From Polyangiaceae bacterium (lineage in GTDB: Bacteria; Myxococcota_A; Polyangia; Polyangiales; Polyangiaceae), in NCBI GenBank assembly GCA_965222375.1, contig CBDCTZ010000009.1, positions 224,001-288,000 of the forward strand: a stretch of DNA of 64,000 nucleotides, given 5' to 3'. The notes below the pieces were generated by a model. That model saw only the letters and a program-made list of their open reading frames with translations. It had not been told where the DNA came from and made no database searches. The position numbers and the translations under genes are program-made. How positions within the stretch are numbered: position 1 is the first letter of the stretch; every line of letters begins with the position of its first letter. Shown here piece by piece: positions 1 to 9,206 of this stretch.

Positions 1-1
1 T

Positions 2-142
2 GGAAAGCCGGATGCACGCTCCGCCCTCGATCCCCGCCTAGCCGTAGAGCGGCGCACCGCCGTGGGCGGGCCGGCAAAGGAAACCGTGGAGGCGGCCATC
101 GAGCGTGCGCGTAAGCACTGGGCCGTGCGCAAGAATCAGTAG
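2..142 (+). CDS. argH: Argininosuccinate lyase, 3' end (truncated by window start)
   Basis: Frame 2 reads GKPDARSALDPRLAVERRTAVGGPAKETVEAAIERARKHWAVRKNQ*. This matches the ArgH C-terminal pattern L.P..AV.RR...GG.A...V..AI. Not in the ORF track. Confidence 0.7.
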   Translation, partial: GKPDARSALDPRLAVERRTAVGGPAKETVEAAIERARKHWAVRKNQ

Positions 143-1146
143 CGCAAACCCTGGGTCTCGCTCGGGCCCGTGAACACGAAGCGGGTCTTGCCCCGCTCCC
201 GCTCCTCGAACACTCCGGTGTTCCACAGCACGATGGTCGTGACGATGGCGGCGCCCACGACGGTGCCCACGGCGACCCATGTCGGGAAGGGTGTTGGTTC
301 TCGGCTCTGGGGTGAGCGCTCCAGCACCGCGCCGTTGCCCTGGCGCCACGGCAACAGTGGCCCACAAGAGCTTGCGTTGCAGCGGGCAACGTCAATGCCG
401 CGGGCGGTGGAGCGCACCAGGATCCATCGCGGACAGCTGGCGCCCTTGGGCGGCAGCGCGCGGTCGCCGCTCACGCGCGCGCCCGTGAGATCCTCGCTGC
501 TACAGGGCGTCGCGGAAGGGATCGTGATTGCGGGCGACTTGGGGCTGACGGATACCCATCGGGCGACAGCCACGCGGCCGCGCCGGACGACGCGCAGGTG
601 GTGCTCACCCGCCGGGACCTTTGGCGGCGCTGCCTGTCGCTCTCCATTCCAGAACACTCGATCCCCTTTGCGTAGCCCCGGCAACTTGACCTGGGTGTCC
701 GCGACGGGCGCCGGCACTGCGGGCGGGGTCTGACCCAGGGCGGGTGCTCGCCGACCCTCGAGCACTGCGCGGGCATGGGCGAGTCGTGCCAGCTCTTGCG
801 TCGGACCTCCGATACGACTGAGCAACGCGATCTTCAATGCGTGGTGCTCTGCCATCAGCCACGCCGCCTGTGGCAACGCAGGTTGGTCCCGGAGCAAGCG
901 CTCGACGGCTGCGAGCTTTCGCTTCACGCCGTCGTCGTCCAAGGCCCCGAGGGCAACCCGTGCTTGCTCCAGAAGCTTCTCGGCACGCCTGACGTCCTTG
1001 TCGGAGCTGTGGGCCAGCGGCGCCGCGCTCGATGCGGGCTCCAGCAGCCGAACCTGGCGCGCCGTAGCCCAGGACTCCAAATGCGGCTCTGCGGACAGCT
1101 GCGCTGAGGCCCCACCCACCACGACCACGAACACGCCGGGTGTCAC
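136..1146 (-). CDS. Hypothetical membrane-anchored protein with helical N-terminus and PEGA-like segment
   Basis: 336-aa ORF. PEGA-like GDRVFWNG...VPAGEHHLRV segment and C-terminal hydrophobic helix WVAVGTVVGAAIVTTIVLW. Confidence 0.6.
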   Translation of the reverse strand: MTPGVFVVVVGGASAQLSAEPHLESWATARQVRLLEPASSAAPLAHSSDKDVRRAEKLLEQARVALGALDDDGVKRKLAAVERLLRDQPALPQAAWLMAEHHALKIALLSRIGGPTQELARLAHARAVLEGRRAPALGQTPPAVPAPVADTQVKLPGLRKGDRVFWNGERQAAPPKVPAGEHHLRVVRRGRVAVARWVSVSPKSPAITIPSATPCSSEDLTGARVSGDRALPPKGASCPRWILVRSTARGIDVARCNASSCGPLLPWRQGNGAVLERSPQSREPTPFPTWVAVGTVVGAAIVTTIVLWNTGVFEERERGKTRFVFTGPSETQGLRY

Positions 1147-1275
1147 GCGCCCCCGCTCCGGGCCGGCCAGGCGGACAAGGGGAGTGATCTCACGGTGGGT
1201 CTTGCGCTACGCTGCTGACGACCCTGGGGCTTTTCCCGGGACGCCCCCGCTCCCACCCCCGGGAAAGGACACGCC

Positions 1276-2004
1276 GTGCAGCTTGATTTCAGCGCCCGCG
1301 AGCTCACGATAAAACTCGTCTACTACGGTCCGGCGCTCAGCGGGAAGACGACGAACCTGCAGTCTTTGCACAAGGCCGCGGATCCCTCGACCGCGGGCCG
1401 GCTGATGACCCTGGAAACCCGGGACGATCGCACGCTCTTTTTCGACCTGCTGCCGCTCACCTTCAAGGACCGTAGCGGGCTCAGCGTCCGGCTCAAAGTA
1501 TTCACGGTTCCGGGACAGGTGATTCACGCCTCCACGCGTCGGCTGGTGGTTCAAGGTGCGGACGGCGTGGCCTTCATCGCGGACTCTCAGATCGCCGAAA
1601 CTCAGCACAACGCCGATTCCTTCATGGATCTGAAAGAGAACCTGAAGGCCAATGGCCTCAACCTCAAGCAGATGCCCCTGATCATCCAGTTCAACAAGCG
1701 GGACCTGACCGACATCCGCAGCGATGCGGAGATCGCCGAGCTGGCAGCGCAGGGGCGGGAGCCGGTGTATCTGGCCGTCGCGACCCAGGGCGATGGCGTG
1801 GTCGAGAGCTTCGTGGGTATGCTGCATCTGACCTGGAGCGCTCTGAATGCGGAGCACGATCTCAACCGAAAGTTCGGATTCGATTCGGATGCGTTCATCA
1901 AGCGCGTGGCGACCCAACTAGGTGACAGCCGTCCGGTGCCAGAGATACTAGGGAGCTGCGTGGGTGGCGCGCTGGACGTCCTGACGCCGGAGGCTGCGGG
2001 TTGA
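1276..2004 (+). CDS. MglA-family small Ras-like GTPase (paralog with C-terminal extension)
   Basis: IKLVYYGPALSGKTTNL (G1), TRDDRTLFFD (G2 with MglA Arg), TVPGQ (G3), NKRD (G4), AVAT (G5). AAAGGA RBS before the GTG. Confidence 0.9.
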   Translation: MQLDFSARELTIKLVYYGPALSGKTTNLQSLHKAADPSTAGRLMTLETRDDRTLFFDLLPLTFKDRSGLSVRLKVFTVPGQVIHASTRRLVVQGADGVAFIADSQIAETQHNADSFMDLKENLKANGLNLKQMPLIIQFNKRDLTDIRSDAEIAELAAQGREPVYLAVATQGDGVVESFVGMLHLTWSALNAEHDLNRKFGFDSDAFIKRVATQLGDSRPVPEILGSCVGGALDVLTPEAAG

Positions 2005-3428
2005 TGTCGTCCGTACCGGTCAACGAACTCGGTTTCGAGGAACTCACCGTCGGCAAGGGAGCCAGCTTGGAAGAGCTGGTGGACCGCTCGGCATTGGGGG
2101 AGCTGACGGTCTCGTTCTTCGAGCTGTTTCGAGTGCCGATCCGTGTCTTCAGTGAGTCGGGGCAAATCCTGGCGGATGCCAGCGAACAGCCGCCGCTATA
2201 CGCCTACTTGAACACGACCAAGGGCGGGCGTAGGGCGCTGCAGGAGGTCGTCGCGGCCGTCAAGCGAGTCGATCCAGGCAGCAGCGGAGAGGTGGTCGAG
2301 CATTGCGTCACCGGCGCTCTGTACCAAGTGGTCGCGATTCGATACGACGAGCGCCCTCTGGGCCGCATCATCATCGGCCCCTTCATGCCGCCGGATTCTT
2401 TGGAGCCAGCAGACGAACTGCTGAAGCTGGACTCGGCCATCGACAGCGCCCGGGCTCGGGAGCTGCTATTGGAAATGCCCCGCGCGCGCCCGGAAACGGT
2501 CCTGCAAATTGCGCGGCATCTTCGCAAGTCTCTGGATCTGATCCTGTTCTCGGGTCACAAGGCGTTGCTCACCAGCAGTATGCATCTCGCCAGCGTGCGC
2601 GAGAGTTTTCGGGAGCTGCAGGACAAGAACACCAAGCTGCAGGGTGCCTACGACCGGCTGAAGGAGCTGGACCGGCTGAAGAGTAACTTCTTGGCCACGG
2701 TTTCCCATGAGCTGCGCACGCCCCTGACGTCGATCATCGGCTACAGCGAGATGCTGTCCGAAGGCATCGCCGGCGATCTCAGCCCGGAGCAAGCCGAGTT
2801 CGTCACCACGATTCACGAAAAAGGGGAGCAGCTACTGGAGCTGATCAAGGGGCTGTTGGATCTCTCCAAGCTGGAGAGCGGCACCATGAGCCTGCGCAAG
2901 AGCGAGCTCGAAATAACTCCGGTGATCCAAGACGTCGCGGCGACGTTGGCGCCGACGGCACGCAAGAAGAAGGTCAAGATCCAGGTCGACGCCGAAGGCG
3001 TCCTACCCACCATCTGGGCGGATGGCGAGCGTCTGCGCCAGGTATTCCTAAACCTCACGGAAAATGCCATCAAGTTCACACCCGAAGACGGCACAGTGTC
3101 TCTCTCGGTTCTGCCCGCTTTCCTCGAGCACAAGGCTGATGCCGAGGACGGCGGTTTGGTCTTGTTCAGCGCGCGTCGCGCGGCCATCGAGGTGCGAGTG
3201 GCGGACACCGGCGAGGGCATTCCGGAAAACGAGCGAGCTCGCGTGTTCGACGCCTTCTACCAAGTGGACTCGAGCTCCACGCGGGAGCACGGTGGCACGG
3301 GCTTGGGGCTGTCCATCGTTCGCAGGCTAGTCGATTCCCACGATGGCTCGGTCCACATCGAGGGCAACACGCCCCAAGGCGCGGTCTTCGTGGTTCGGTT
3401 GCCATGCCGACGAACGACCATCGCGTGA
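2004..3428 (+). CDS. Cytoplasmic sensor histidine kinase with PocR-like N-terminal domain
   Basis: H-box FLATVSHELRTPLTSI, N-box NLTENAIKFT, DTGEGI, GGTGLGLSI. N-terminal HCVTGALYQVVAI...LGRIIIGPF is PocR-like. TGATG overlap with the GTPase stop (alternative TTG start at 2001). Confidence 0.9.
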   Translation: MSSVPVNELGFEELTVGKGASLEELVDRSALGELTVSFFELFRVPIRVFSESGQILADASEQPPLYAYLNTTKGGRRALQEVVAAVKRVDPGSSGEVVEHCVTGALYQVVAIRYDERPLGRIIIGPFMPPDSLEPADELLKLDSAIDSARARELLLEMPRARPETVLQIARHLRKSLDLILFSGHKALLTSSMHLASVRESFRELQDKNTKLQGAYDRLKELDRLKSNFLATVSHELRTPLTSIIGYSEMLSEGIAGDLSPEQAEFVTTIHEKGEQLLELIKGLLDLSKLESGTMSLRKSELEITPVIQDVAATLAPTARKKKVKIQVDAEGVLPTIWADGERLRQVFLNLTENAIKFTPEDGTVSLSVLPAFLEHKADAEDGGLVLFSARRAAIEVRVADTGEGIPENERARVFDAFYQVDSSSTREHGGTGLGLSIVRRLVDSHDGSVHIEGNTPQGAVFVVRLPCRRTTIA

Positions 3429-3449
3429 CGACGCGGGCGAGCGCGGCGC

Positions 3450-4391
3450 ATGGATGAGCAGAGCGCGGTTGCGTTGCTGACGCGCCTGTTGGGAACTTCC
3501 ACGCGGGCCCTGCTGGGTAACGGCGACGACGCGGTCGTATTGCGCAAGCTCAAGCACCCCCTCGTGCTATCCGTAGACGCTAGCGTAGAAGGCGTGCATT
3601 TCGACCGCAGTTTCGTCAGCCTGGTGGATGTCGGCTATCGCTCCCACGCTGCGGCAGTGAGCGACTTGGCGGCCATGGGCGCCTCGCCGGTATGCAGTCT
3701 TTCAGCGTTGGTCGTGCCCAAAGCCACGAGCAAGGCGCAGCTGTCAGCCTTGGCGCGAGGACAGCGCAGCAGCGCCAAGGCTCATGACTGTCCGGTGTTG
3801 GGGGGCAACCTGGCCCGAGGGCGGCAGCTGTCCATCACGACCACGGTGGTGGGGCAGGTGGAAGGGCCGCTGGGGCGGGGTGGTGCGCGCCCCGGAGATC
3901 AGATCTGGCTGTTGGGGCCCGTCGGCCTTTCCCGCGCAGGCTTGGAAATCCTTCGCACGCGCCGTCGCGCGGGTATCGCGCGGCAGGCGCGCAGCGCGGC
4001 CCTCCGTGCATTCAGACGCCCTCAGGCCCGGCTGGCAGAGGGGCGCCGCCTGGCGAAGCACGCCACGAGCGGGATCGACATTTCCGACGGCCTGCTCCAG
4101 GACGCTGGGCAGATCGCTCGCGCCAGCGGCGCATGCGTGAGTTTCGAATGGGAGCTGTTGGAGGCCGCGGTGACGCCGGAGTTGCGCGCGGTCGCCAGCG
4201 CTTTCGACACTCATCCCTTGGCGTGGGCCCTTGCCGGCGGTGAGGACTACGCGCTGCTGGCCACGGGTCCCGCGATCCGGAGACCTCGGGGTGCGCTCGA
4301 GCTCGGAAGCGTGTCCCGGGGCAGAGGCGTGCGGATCCAAGGTGGCCCCGGGTGGGCGAAGCGCCTCAGAGGCTTCGACCACCTACGCTGA
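3450..4391 (+). CDS. thiL: Thiamine-monophosphate kinase
   Basis: GNGDDAVV, VEGVHF, SDLAAMGA, GGNL, IDISDGL and GGEDYALL motifs. Confidence 0.92.
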   Translation: MDEQSAVALLTRLLGTSTRALLGNGDDAVVLRKLKHPLVLSVDASVEGVHFDRSFVSLVDVGYRSHAAAVSDLAAMGASPVCSLSALVVPKATSKAQLSALARGQRSSAKAHDCPVLGGNLARGRQLSITTTVVGQVEGPLGRGGARPGDQIWLLGPVGLSRAGLEILRTRRRAGIARQARSAALRAFRRPQARLAEGRRLAKHATSGIDISDGLLQDAGQIARASGACVSFEWELLEAAVTPELRAVASAFDTHPLAWALAGGEDYALLATGPAIRRPRGALELGSVSRGRGVRIQGGPGWAKRLRGFDHLR

Positions 4392-4413
4392 CCGACCTGT
4401 GCCGACTCGGCGC

Positions 4414-4845
4414 TCAGCGGCACGCCGAGGGCATGCCGGCGCCCTTGAGCGCGCCACGCACGACGGCCAGGACGCTACCTGAACTCTTACCCTGGGCCAC
4501 GGCTGCGTTGCAGGCGGCTGCGGCTTGTAGCATGTACGCGTTGGTGGGCGGCGGGGCGCTGGCGGCGTTCTGCGCTAGAGCGTTGCAGCAGGCTTTCAGA
4601 CTGGACCTGGGCTTGTACGGCCCGCGTTTCTTTTTCGCATCGGCGTCGGCGTCCGCTTCGGGGCCAGCATCCTCGATCGTCAGCTCCAGCGGTGCACTCG
4701 GTGCTGCAACCGGTTCACTGGATGGCAGAGGCGGCGGCGGCTCGTCCTTCTTGCAACCCGGGGCCAACAGGCCACCCGCCGGGATGAGCAGGCCCAGCCC
4801 GACGGGGGCAATCAGCGACTTGAGGAAGGGTGAGCGGTTCTTCAT
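4414..4845 (-). CDS. Hypothetical lipoprotein with C-terminal CC...C...P..C helical domain
   Basis: Lipobox-like LAPGC, Pro/Ala linker, KACCNAL...AAAAC...MPSACR. Confidence 0.7.
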   Translation of the reverse strand: MKNRSPFLKSLIAPVGLGLLIPAGGLLAPGCKKDEPPPPLPSSEPVAAPSAPLELTIEDAGPEADADADAKKKRGPYKPRSSLKACCNALAQNAASAPPPTNAYMLQAAAACNAAVAQGKSSGSVLAVVRGALKGAGMPSACR

Positions 4846-4931
4846 GTTCGATTCCTTGTGCCTGGGCTCGTCTCTTTTTTCACGTCAGACGTCGTGAGTA
4901 AAACTGTTGTTCAGCAGGCCGACCTTACACT

Positions 4932-5417
4932 TCAGCAGCCGCCTGGGACCTTTAGACCTAGAATTTGCGATCGGATCAACGTTTTTGCCGCACTTTCCTT
5001 GGCTTGGCCGGACTTTACCCGCTCGGAGATTTGGTGGCAGATGGCAGCCGCAATCTCGTAGCGTTTGGCCTTTGGCCCGCCCTTTTTCGTTTCCTTGGTC
5101 AGGGCGGTGCAGCAAGTCTTGATACGCTCTAGAGCGGCCGCTCGGTCTTTTTTTGCCGTCTTGGCGCCGCTGTCAGGCGTCGATTGGGCGAGGTTTCCTT
5201 GGTTTTTGGGGGGTCTGGGCGGATTTGCAGGCTCCACGGAACCCGAGGTTGCCGCTGTGGCGGTTGTACTCGGCGCCACTGTGGCGGGGATTACTGCCGA
5301 TTCTGACCCAGACGCCGCGACCGATGCAGCGGCGAGTCCAGGCGCGTTGGTACCCTCTTGACAGCCGACTAGCAGCAGCCAGGCCCAGGCGGCAAACCAG
5401 AGCGCGCGGCGACCCAT
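4932..5417 (-). CDS. Hypothetical lipoprotein, paralog of 4414..4845
   Basis: Lipobox LVGC, Ala/Ser/Thr linker, KTCCTAL...AAAIC...VPGGC. Confidence 0.7.
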   Translation of the reverse strand: MGRRALWFAAWAWLLLVGCQEGTNAPGLAAASVAASGSESAVIPATVAPSTTATAATSGSVEPANPPRPPKNQGNLAQSTPDSGAKTAKKDRAAALERIKTCCTALTKETKKGGPKAKRYEIAAAICHQISERVKSGQAKESAAKTLIRSQILGLKVPGGC

Positions 5418-5496
5418 GGCCGGCTGTTGTACTCGACCCAGAGCCCTCGGGCCTAGACCGGTCTGTGGATGACCGATCTAGGTGCGCGTCGAGACC

Positions 5497-8400
5497 TCAG
5501 CTACAGCCCATGGAGTTGCCGCAATTGAGGCACTTGTAACATGCGCCGTTGCGGACCGTGATGTGCCCGCAGCCGTCGCAGATGGGCGCATCTCCCATCA
5601 TGTCTTCGAGCTGGGCGTCGAGGGCGCCTTGGGCGCTTGCCGTCTCCTTGGGCTTTTCCGCTAGGGCCGGAGGTCCTGGTGCCACACTGGTGGGGGGGGC
5701 TTCGATGGGAGTGGTGGTCGGATCCTCGATGTGGGCCGGCGCATCCTCGGATGGTTTGACCTGAGCGAAGTCGTATCGCCTCAAGTACTCCACACCGAGC
5801 ACTCGGAAGATGTAGTCCACGATGCTGGTCGAGAACTTGATGTTTGGATGGCCGGTCACCACGCCGTGGGGCTCGAAGCGAGTGAACGTGAATTGCTCGA
5901 CGTAGGTCTCCAAGGGCACGCCGTATTGCAGCCCGACGCTCACCGCCATGGCGAAGCAGTTCATCAGGGAGCGGAAGGCCGCACCCTCCTTGTGCATGTC
6001 TATGAAGATCTCACCTAGAGTGTTGTCTTCGTATTCACCGGTGCGGAGGAAGACCTTGTGGCCGCCCACTAGGGCCTCTTGGGTGAAGCCCGATCGCTTC
6101 TTGGGCAGGCGGACCCGGACGCCAGTGGGGCGCGACACGGGTGCGGGCTCGATGGCGGCCACGGCTTCGGGCTCTGGCTCACTTTCCTTTTCCTTGGACG
6201 ACGTTGACAGGGGCTGACTGGCCTTACAGCCGTCCCGGTACAAGGCAATGGCCTTGAGCCCTAGCCTCCAACCCTCTTCGTAGATCTCCCGAACGTCGGC
6301 GACGGTGGCTTCGTTGGGCAGGTTCACTGTCTTGCTGATGGCGCCCGACAAGAAAGGCTGGGCCGCCGCCATCATGCGAACATGGGCCATCGGGGCCAAG
6401 TAGCGCTGCCCGGTGCGGCCACAGCGATTGGCGCAGTCGAAGACCTGATAATGCTCTTCCTCGAGGTAGGGCGCACCTTCGATGGTCATCTTGCCGACGA
6501 TGACGTCGTTGGCCTCCAAGATCTCCTCGGCGGTGAAGCCCAGGTGGCGGAGCAAGTTGAAGCCGGGGCGGCTCATCTTCTCGGCGCTGATGCCGAGGCG
6601 CTCGTAGGCCTCTTTGCCGACGACCCAGGGTGCAAAGGCGAGCATCAAGTCGAAGACGCCCGGGATGGCTTGTTCCACCTTGTCGAGATCCGCATCCGTC
6701 AGCCCCTTGTCTTTGAGGGAGTTGCGGTTGATGTGGGGCGCCCCGAGCAGCGTGTTGGTACCCGACACGTAGGCCACGATCTCTCGGACCTGCGCTTCGG
6801 AGTAGCCGAGGCGCTTGAGCGCCGCCGGTACGGACTGGTTGACGATCTTGAAGTAACCGCCGCCAGCCAGCTTCTTGAACTTGACCAGGGCGAAGTCGGG
6901 CTCGATGCCGGTGGTGTCGCAGTCCATCAGCAGACCGATGGTGCCCGTGGGCGCAAGGACGGTGGCCTGAGCGTTGCGGTAGCCGTGCTGCTCGCCAAGC
7001 TCCACAGCCGTGTCCCAGTCTTCTGCTGCCGCCCGCCAGAGCGCCTCGGGGCATTCATCGCGGTGAATCGCGTAGGCCGCTTCTTGGTGCATGCGCATGA
7101 CCTTCAGCATGGGCTCACGATTCTTGGTAAAGCCTGCGAAGGGGCCCTTGGAGGCTGCGATCTTCGCGCTCTGGGCGTAGGCCTTGCCGCATAGGATAGC
7201 GGTGAGCGCACCGGCGATGGCTCGACCCTTTTCCGAGTCGTAGGGCACGCCGAGCAGCATCAACACGGTGCCGAGATTGGCGTAGCCCAAGCCCAGGGGA
7301 CGGAATTCGTGAGAATTCCGCGCGATGCCAGCGGTGGGGTAGCTCGAGAAATCAACGAGGATTTCTTGGGCTGTGAAGAAGATCTCGACGGCGTGGCGGT
7401 AGCCCTCGATGTCGAAGCTGTCGTCCTCCGACAAGAACTTCGTCAGGTTGAGAGACGCCAGGTTGCAGGCCGTGTCGTCGAGGAACATGTACTCGGAACA
7501 CGGATTGGACGCGTTGATTCGCCCGGAGTTCGGGCTGGTATGCCAGTTGTTGATGGTGGTGTCGTATTGCACACCCGGGTCCGCGCAGCCCCACGCGCTT
7601 TCGGCGACCATGGTCCACAGCTCTCCCGCATCCAGGGTGTCCACGACCTCTCCCGTGGTCCGGGCAGTGGTGTGCCAGTTGCCGCCCGACAGGGCTGCCT
7701 TCATGAAGTCGTCGGAGACACGAACGGAGTTGTTCGAGTTCTGTCCACTGACCGTGCGGTAGGCTTCACCGTTGAAGTCGTGCTCGTAGCCGGCCGCGAT
7801 CAGCGCCTTGGCCTTCTTCTCTTCGCGCACCTTCCATTGGACGAAGTCCACGATCTCGGGATGGTCCATGTCCAGGCAGACCATCTTGGCCGCCCGCCGC
7901 GTGGTGCCACCGCTCTTCGTTGCGCCTGCGGCCCGATCGAAGACCTCCAAGAAACTCATCAGGCCGCTCGACGTGCCGCCCCCGGAGAGTTTTTCCTGCT
8001 TGCCGCGAATACGACTGAAGTTGCTGCCGGTGCCGGACCCGTATTTGAACAGCCGGGCCTCGGACTTCACCAGCTCGTAGATCCCCATCAGATCGTCGTC
8101 GACGTTCTGGATGAAACAAGCCGAGCACTGGGGGCGCGAGTAAGCGTTGGGGGTCTCGGTGACGTCCCCCTGGGCTTCATCCCAGGCCCAATTGCCACCC
8201 GAGCCCTCGATTCCGTACTCGTGGAACAGCCCGCAATTGAACCAGACCGGCGAGTTGAATGCGCCGTATTGGTTGACCATCAAGAAGGACAGCTCGGCTT
8301 CGAAGTTGTCGGCGTGCTGCTTGCTGGCGAAGTAGCCGCCCATCCGCTCGCCCGCGACGCGGATGGTGTGGGCAATGCGGTGCACGACCTCCCGCACGCT

Positions 8401-8715
8401 GGTTTCTCCCCGCGTGCTGTCGCCGTGAATCCCTGCCTTGCGGAAGTACTTGCTGACGACGATATCCGTCGCGAGTTGAGACCATTCTGCTGGGATTTCA
8501 GCGCCTTCCATCTTGAAGACGACCGAACCGTCAGGGTTCGTGATGACGCTCTTGCGCAGCTCCCAATTGATACCTTCGAAGCCGGTTTCGCCTGGTTGGG
8601 TGAAGCGTCGTTCGAAGCGAACCCCCCCCGTGAGGCGCGCCGAGCTGCTTTCCGGCTGCTCTGCCGGGCTGGTCTTCACTGAACTCTCTTGACTCACGAT
8701 CGTCGACTGCGCCAT
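5497..8715 (-). CDS. nrdJ: Vitamin B12-dependent (class II) ribonucleotide reductase with C-terminal TSCPD/zinc-ribbon region
   Basis: [24 protein letters not shown] (thiyl radical Cys), [22 protein letters not shown] and terminal CDGC...CLNC. ATG at 8715 follows a GGAGAGAGGG RBS; the ORF is open to 8751. Confidence 0.96.
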   Translation of the reverse strand: MAQSTIVSQESSVKTSPAEQPESSSARLTGGVRFERRFTQPGETGFEGINWELRKSVITNPDGSVVFKMEGAEIPAEWSQLATDIVVSKYFRKAGIHGDSTRGETSVREVVHRIAHTIRVAGERMGGYFASKQHADNFEAELSFLMVNQYGAFNSPVWFNCGLFHEYGIEGSGGNWAWDEAQGDVTETPNAYSRPQCSACFIQNVDDDLMGIYELVKSEARLFKYGSGTGSNFSRIRGKQEKLSGGGTSSGLMSFLEVFDRAAGATKSGGTTRRAAKMVCLDMDHPEIVDFVQWKVREEKKAKALIAAGYEHDFNGEAYRTVSGQNSNNSVRVSDDFMKAALSGGNWHTTARTTGEVVDTLDAGELWTMVAESAWGCADPGVQYDTTINNWHTSPNSGRINASNPCSEYMFLDDTACNLASLNLTKFLSEDDSFDIEGYRHAVEIFFTAQEILVDFSSYPTAGIARNSHEFRPLGLGYANLGTVLMLLGVPYDSEKGRAIAGALTAILCGKAYAQSAKIAASKGPFAGFTKNREPMLKVMRMHQEAAYAIHRDECPEALWRAAAEDWDTAVELGEQHGYRNAQATVLAPTGTIGLLMDCDTTGIEPDFALVKFKKLAGGGYFKIVNQSVPAALKRLGYSEAQVREIVAYVSGTNTLLGAPHINRNSLKDKGLTDADLDKVEQAIPGVFDLMLAFAPWVVGKEAYERLGISAEKMSRPGFNLLRHLGFTAEEILEANDVIVGKMTIEGAPYLEEEHYQVFDCANRCGRTGQRYLAPMAHVRMMAAAQPFLSGAISKTVNLPNEATVADVREIYEEGWRLGLKAIALYRDGCKASQPLSTSSKEKESEPEPEAVAAIEPAPVSRPTGVRVRLPKKRSGFTQEALVGGHKVFLRTGEYEDNTLGEIFIDMHKEGAAFRSLMNCFAMAVSVGLQYGVPLETYVEQFTFTRFEPHGVVTGHPNIKFSTSIVDYIFRVLGVEYLRRYDFAQVKPSEDAPAHIEDPTTTPIEAPPTSVAPGPPALAEKPKETASAQGALDAQLEDMMGDAPICDGCGHITVRNGACYKCLNCGNSMGCS

Positions 8716-9016
8716 CCCTCTCTCCTTCAACTTCTGTTCGTGCTGCGGCATCGCTCACTCATTTGCGTGAGGCATAGCTGCGCCTCACCAGGCAAAAACA
8801 ACCCACTACTCTTTCGGGACCTCCCCGAAGAGCGCCTCACCTTGGTGTGAGGTACCCCCTAAGCCATCAAGTCGTTTGCGCGGTTTCAGTTGCCGCGCGC
8901 GCCCTCCAGAGGAGCGCTTCAGAAGGACTGACTATTCGTTCAGAAACACGCTCACTATAGGCAACTCACTGCTCCCACGGGCAGGCGTGGGTGTTCAGTG
9001 AGGGGTACGGTTAATA

Positions 9017-9063
9017 CCCCAAGGCCTTGGGGAGGGGCAACAAAAAACCACTACAAATTGGGA
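9017..9063. promoter_or_regulatory. Tandem NrdR-box-like operators upstream of nrdJ
   Basis: 16-bp palindrome CCCCAAGGCCTTGGGG (9017-9032) and CCACTACAAATTGGGA (9048-9063). Both fit the CwA-N4-TwG core of the NrdR box and start 31 bp apart, the typical tandem spacing. Confidence 0.7.
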
Positions 9064-9206
9064 GACCTTATCTAACTGTCGGTAGCTACTGAACTTTCGC
9101 GACGCTGAACACATATTACCCACCGCAAGCCAACGCTTTGTTCACAAGCTTTCCACTCCGCTGATGCCGACGGAGTGCGGGCGCCAGTCGAGAAACCTCG
9201 GAGCGT

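Noticed and set aside
1276..2004. Calling the GTPase the canonical mglA
   Set aside because: There is no upstream mglB, the N-terminus diverges and there is a C-terminal extension, so it is treated as a paralog.
5497..8715. Intein or intron in nrdJ
   Set aside because: The catalytic motifs are contiguous. I see no HN-C/S/T splice junction or LAGLIDADG block, and the length fits a fused NrdJ.
8752..9200. Cobalamin riboswitch upstream of nrdJ
   Set aside because: The conserved B12-element blocks (GGGAA..GGTG, GCAACTGT, GCCACTG, AG(C/T)CAG.AGACC) are not found in order on the coding strand.
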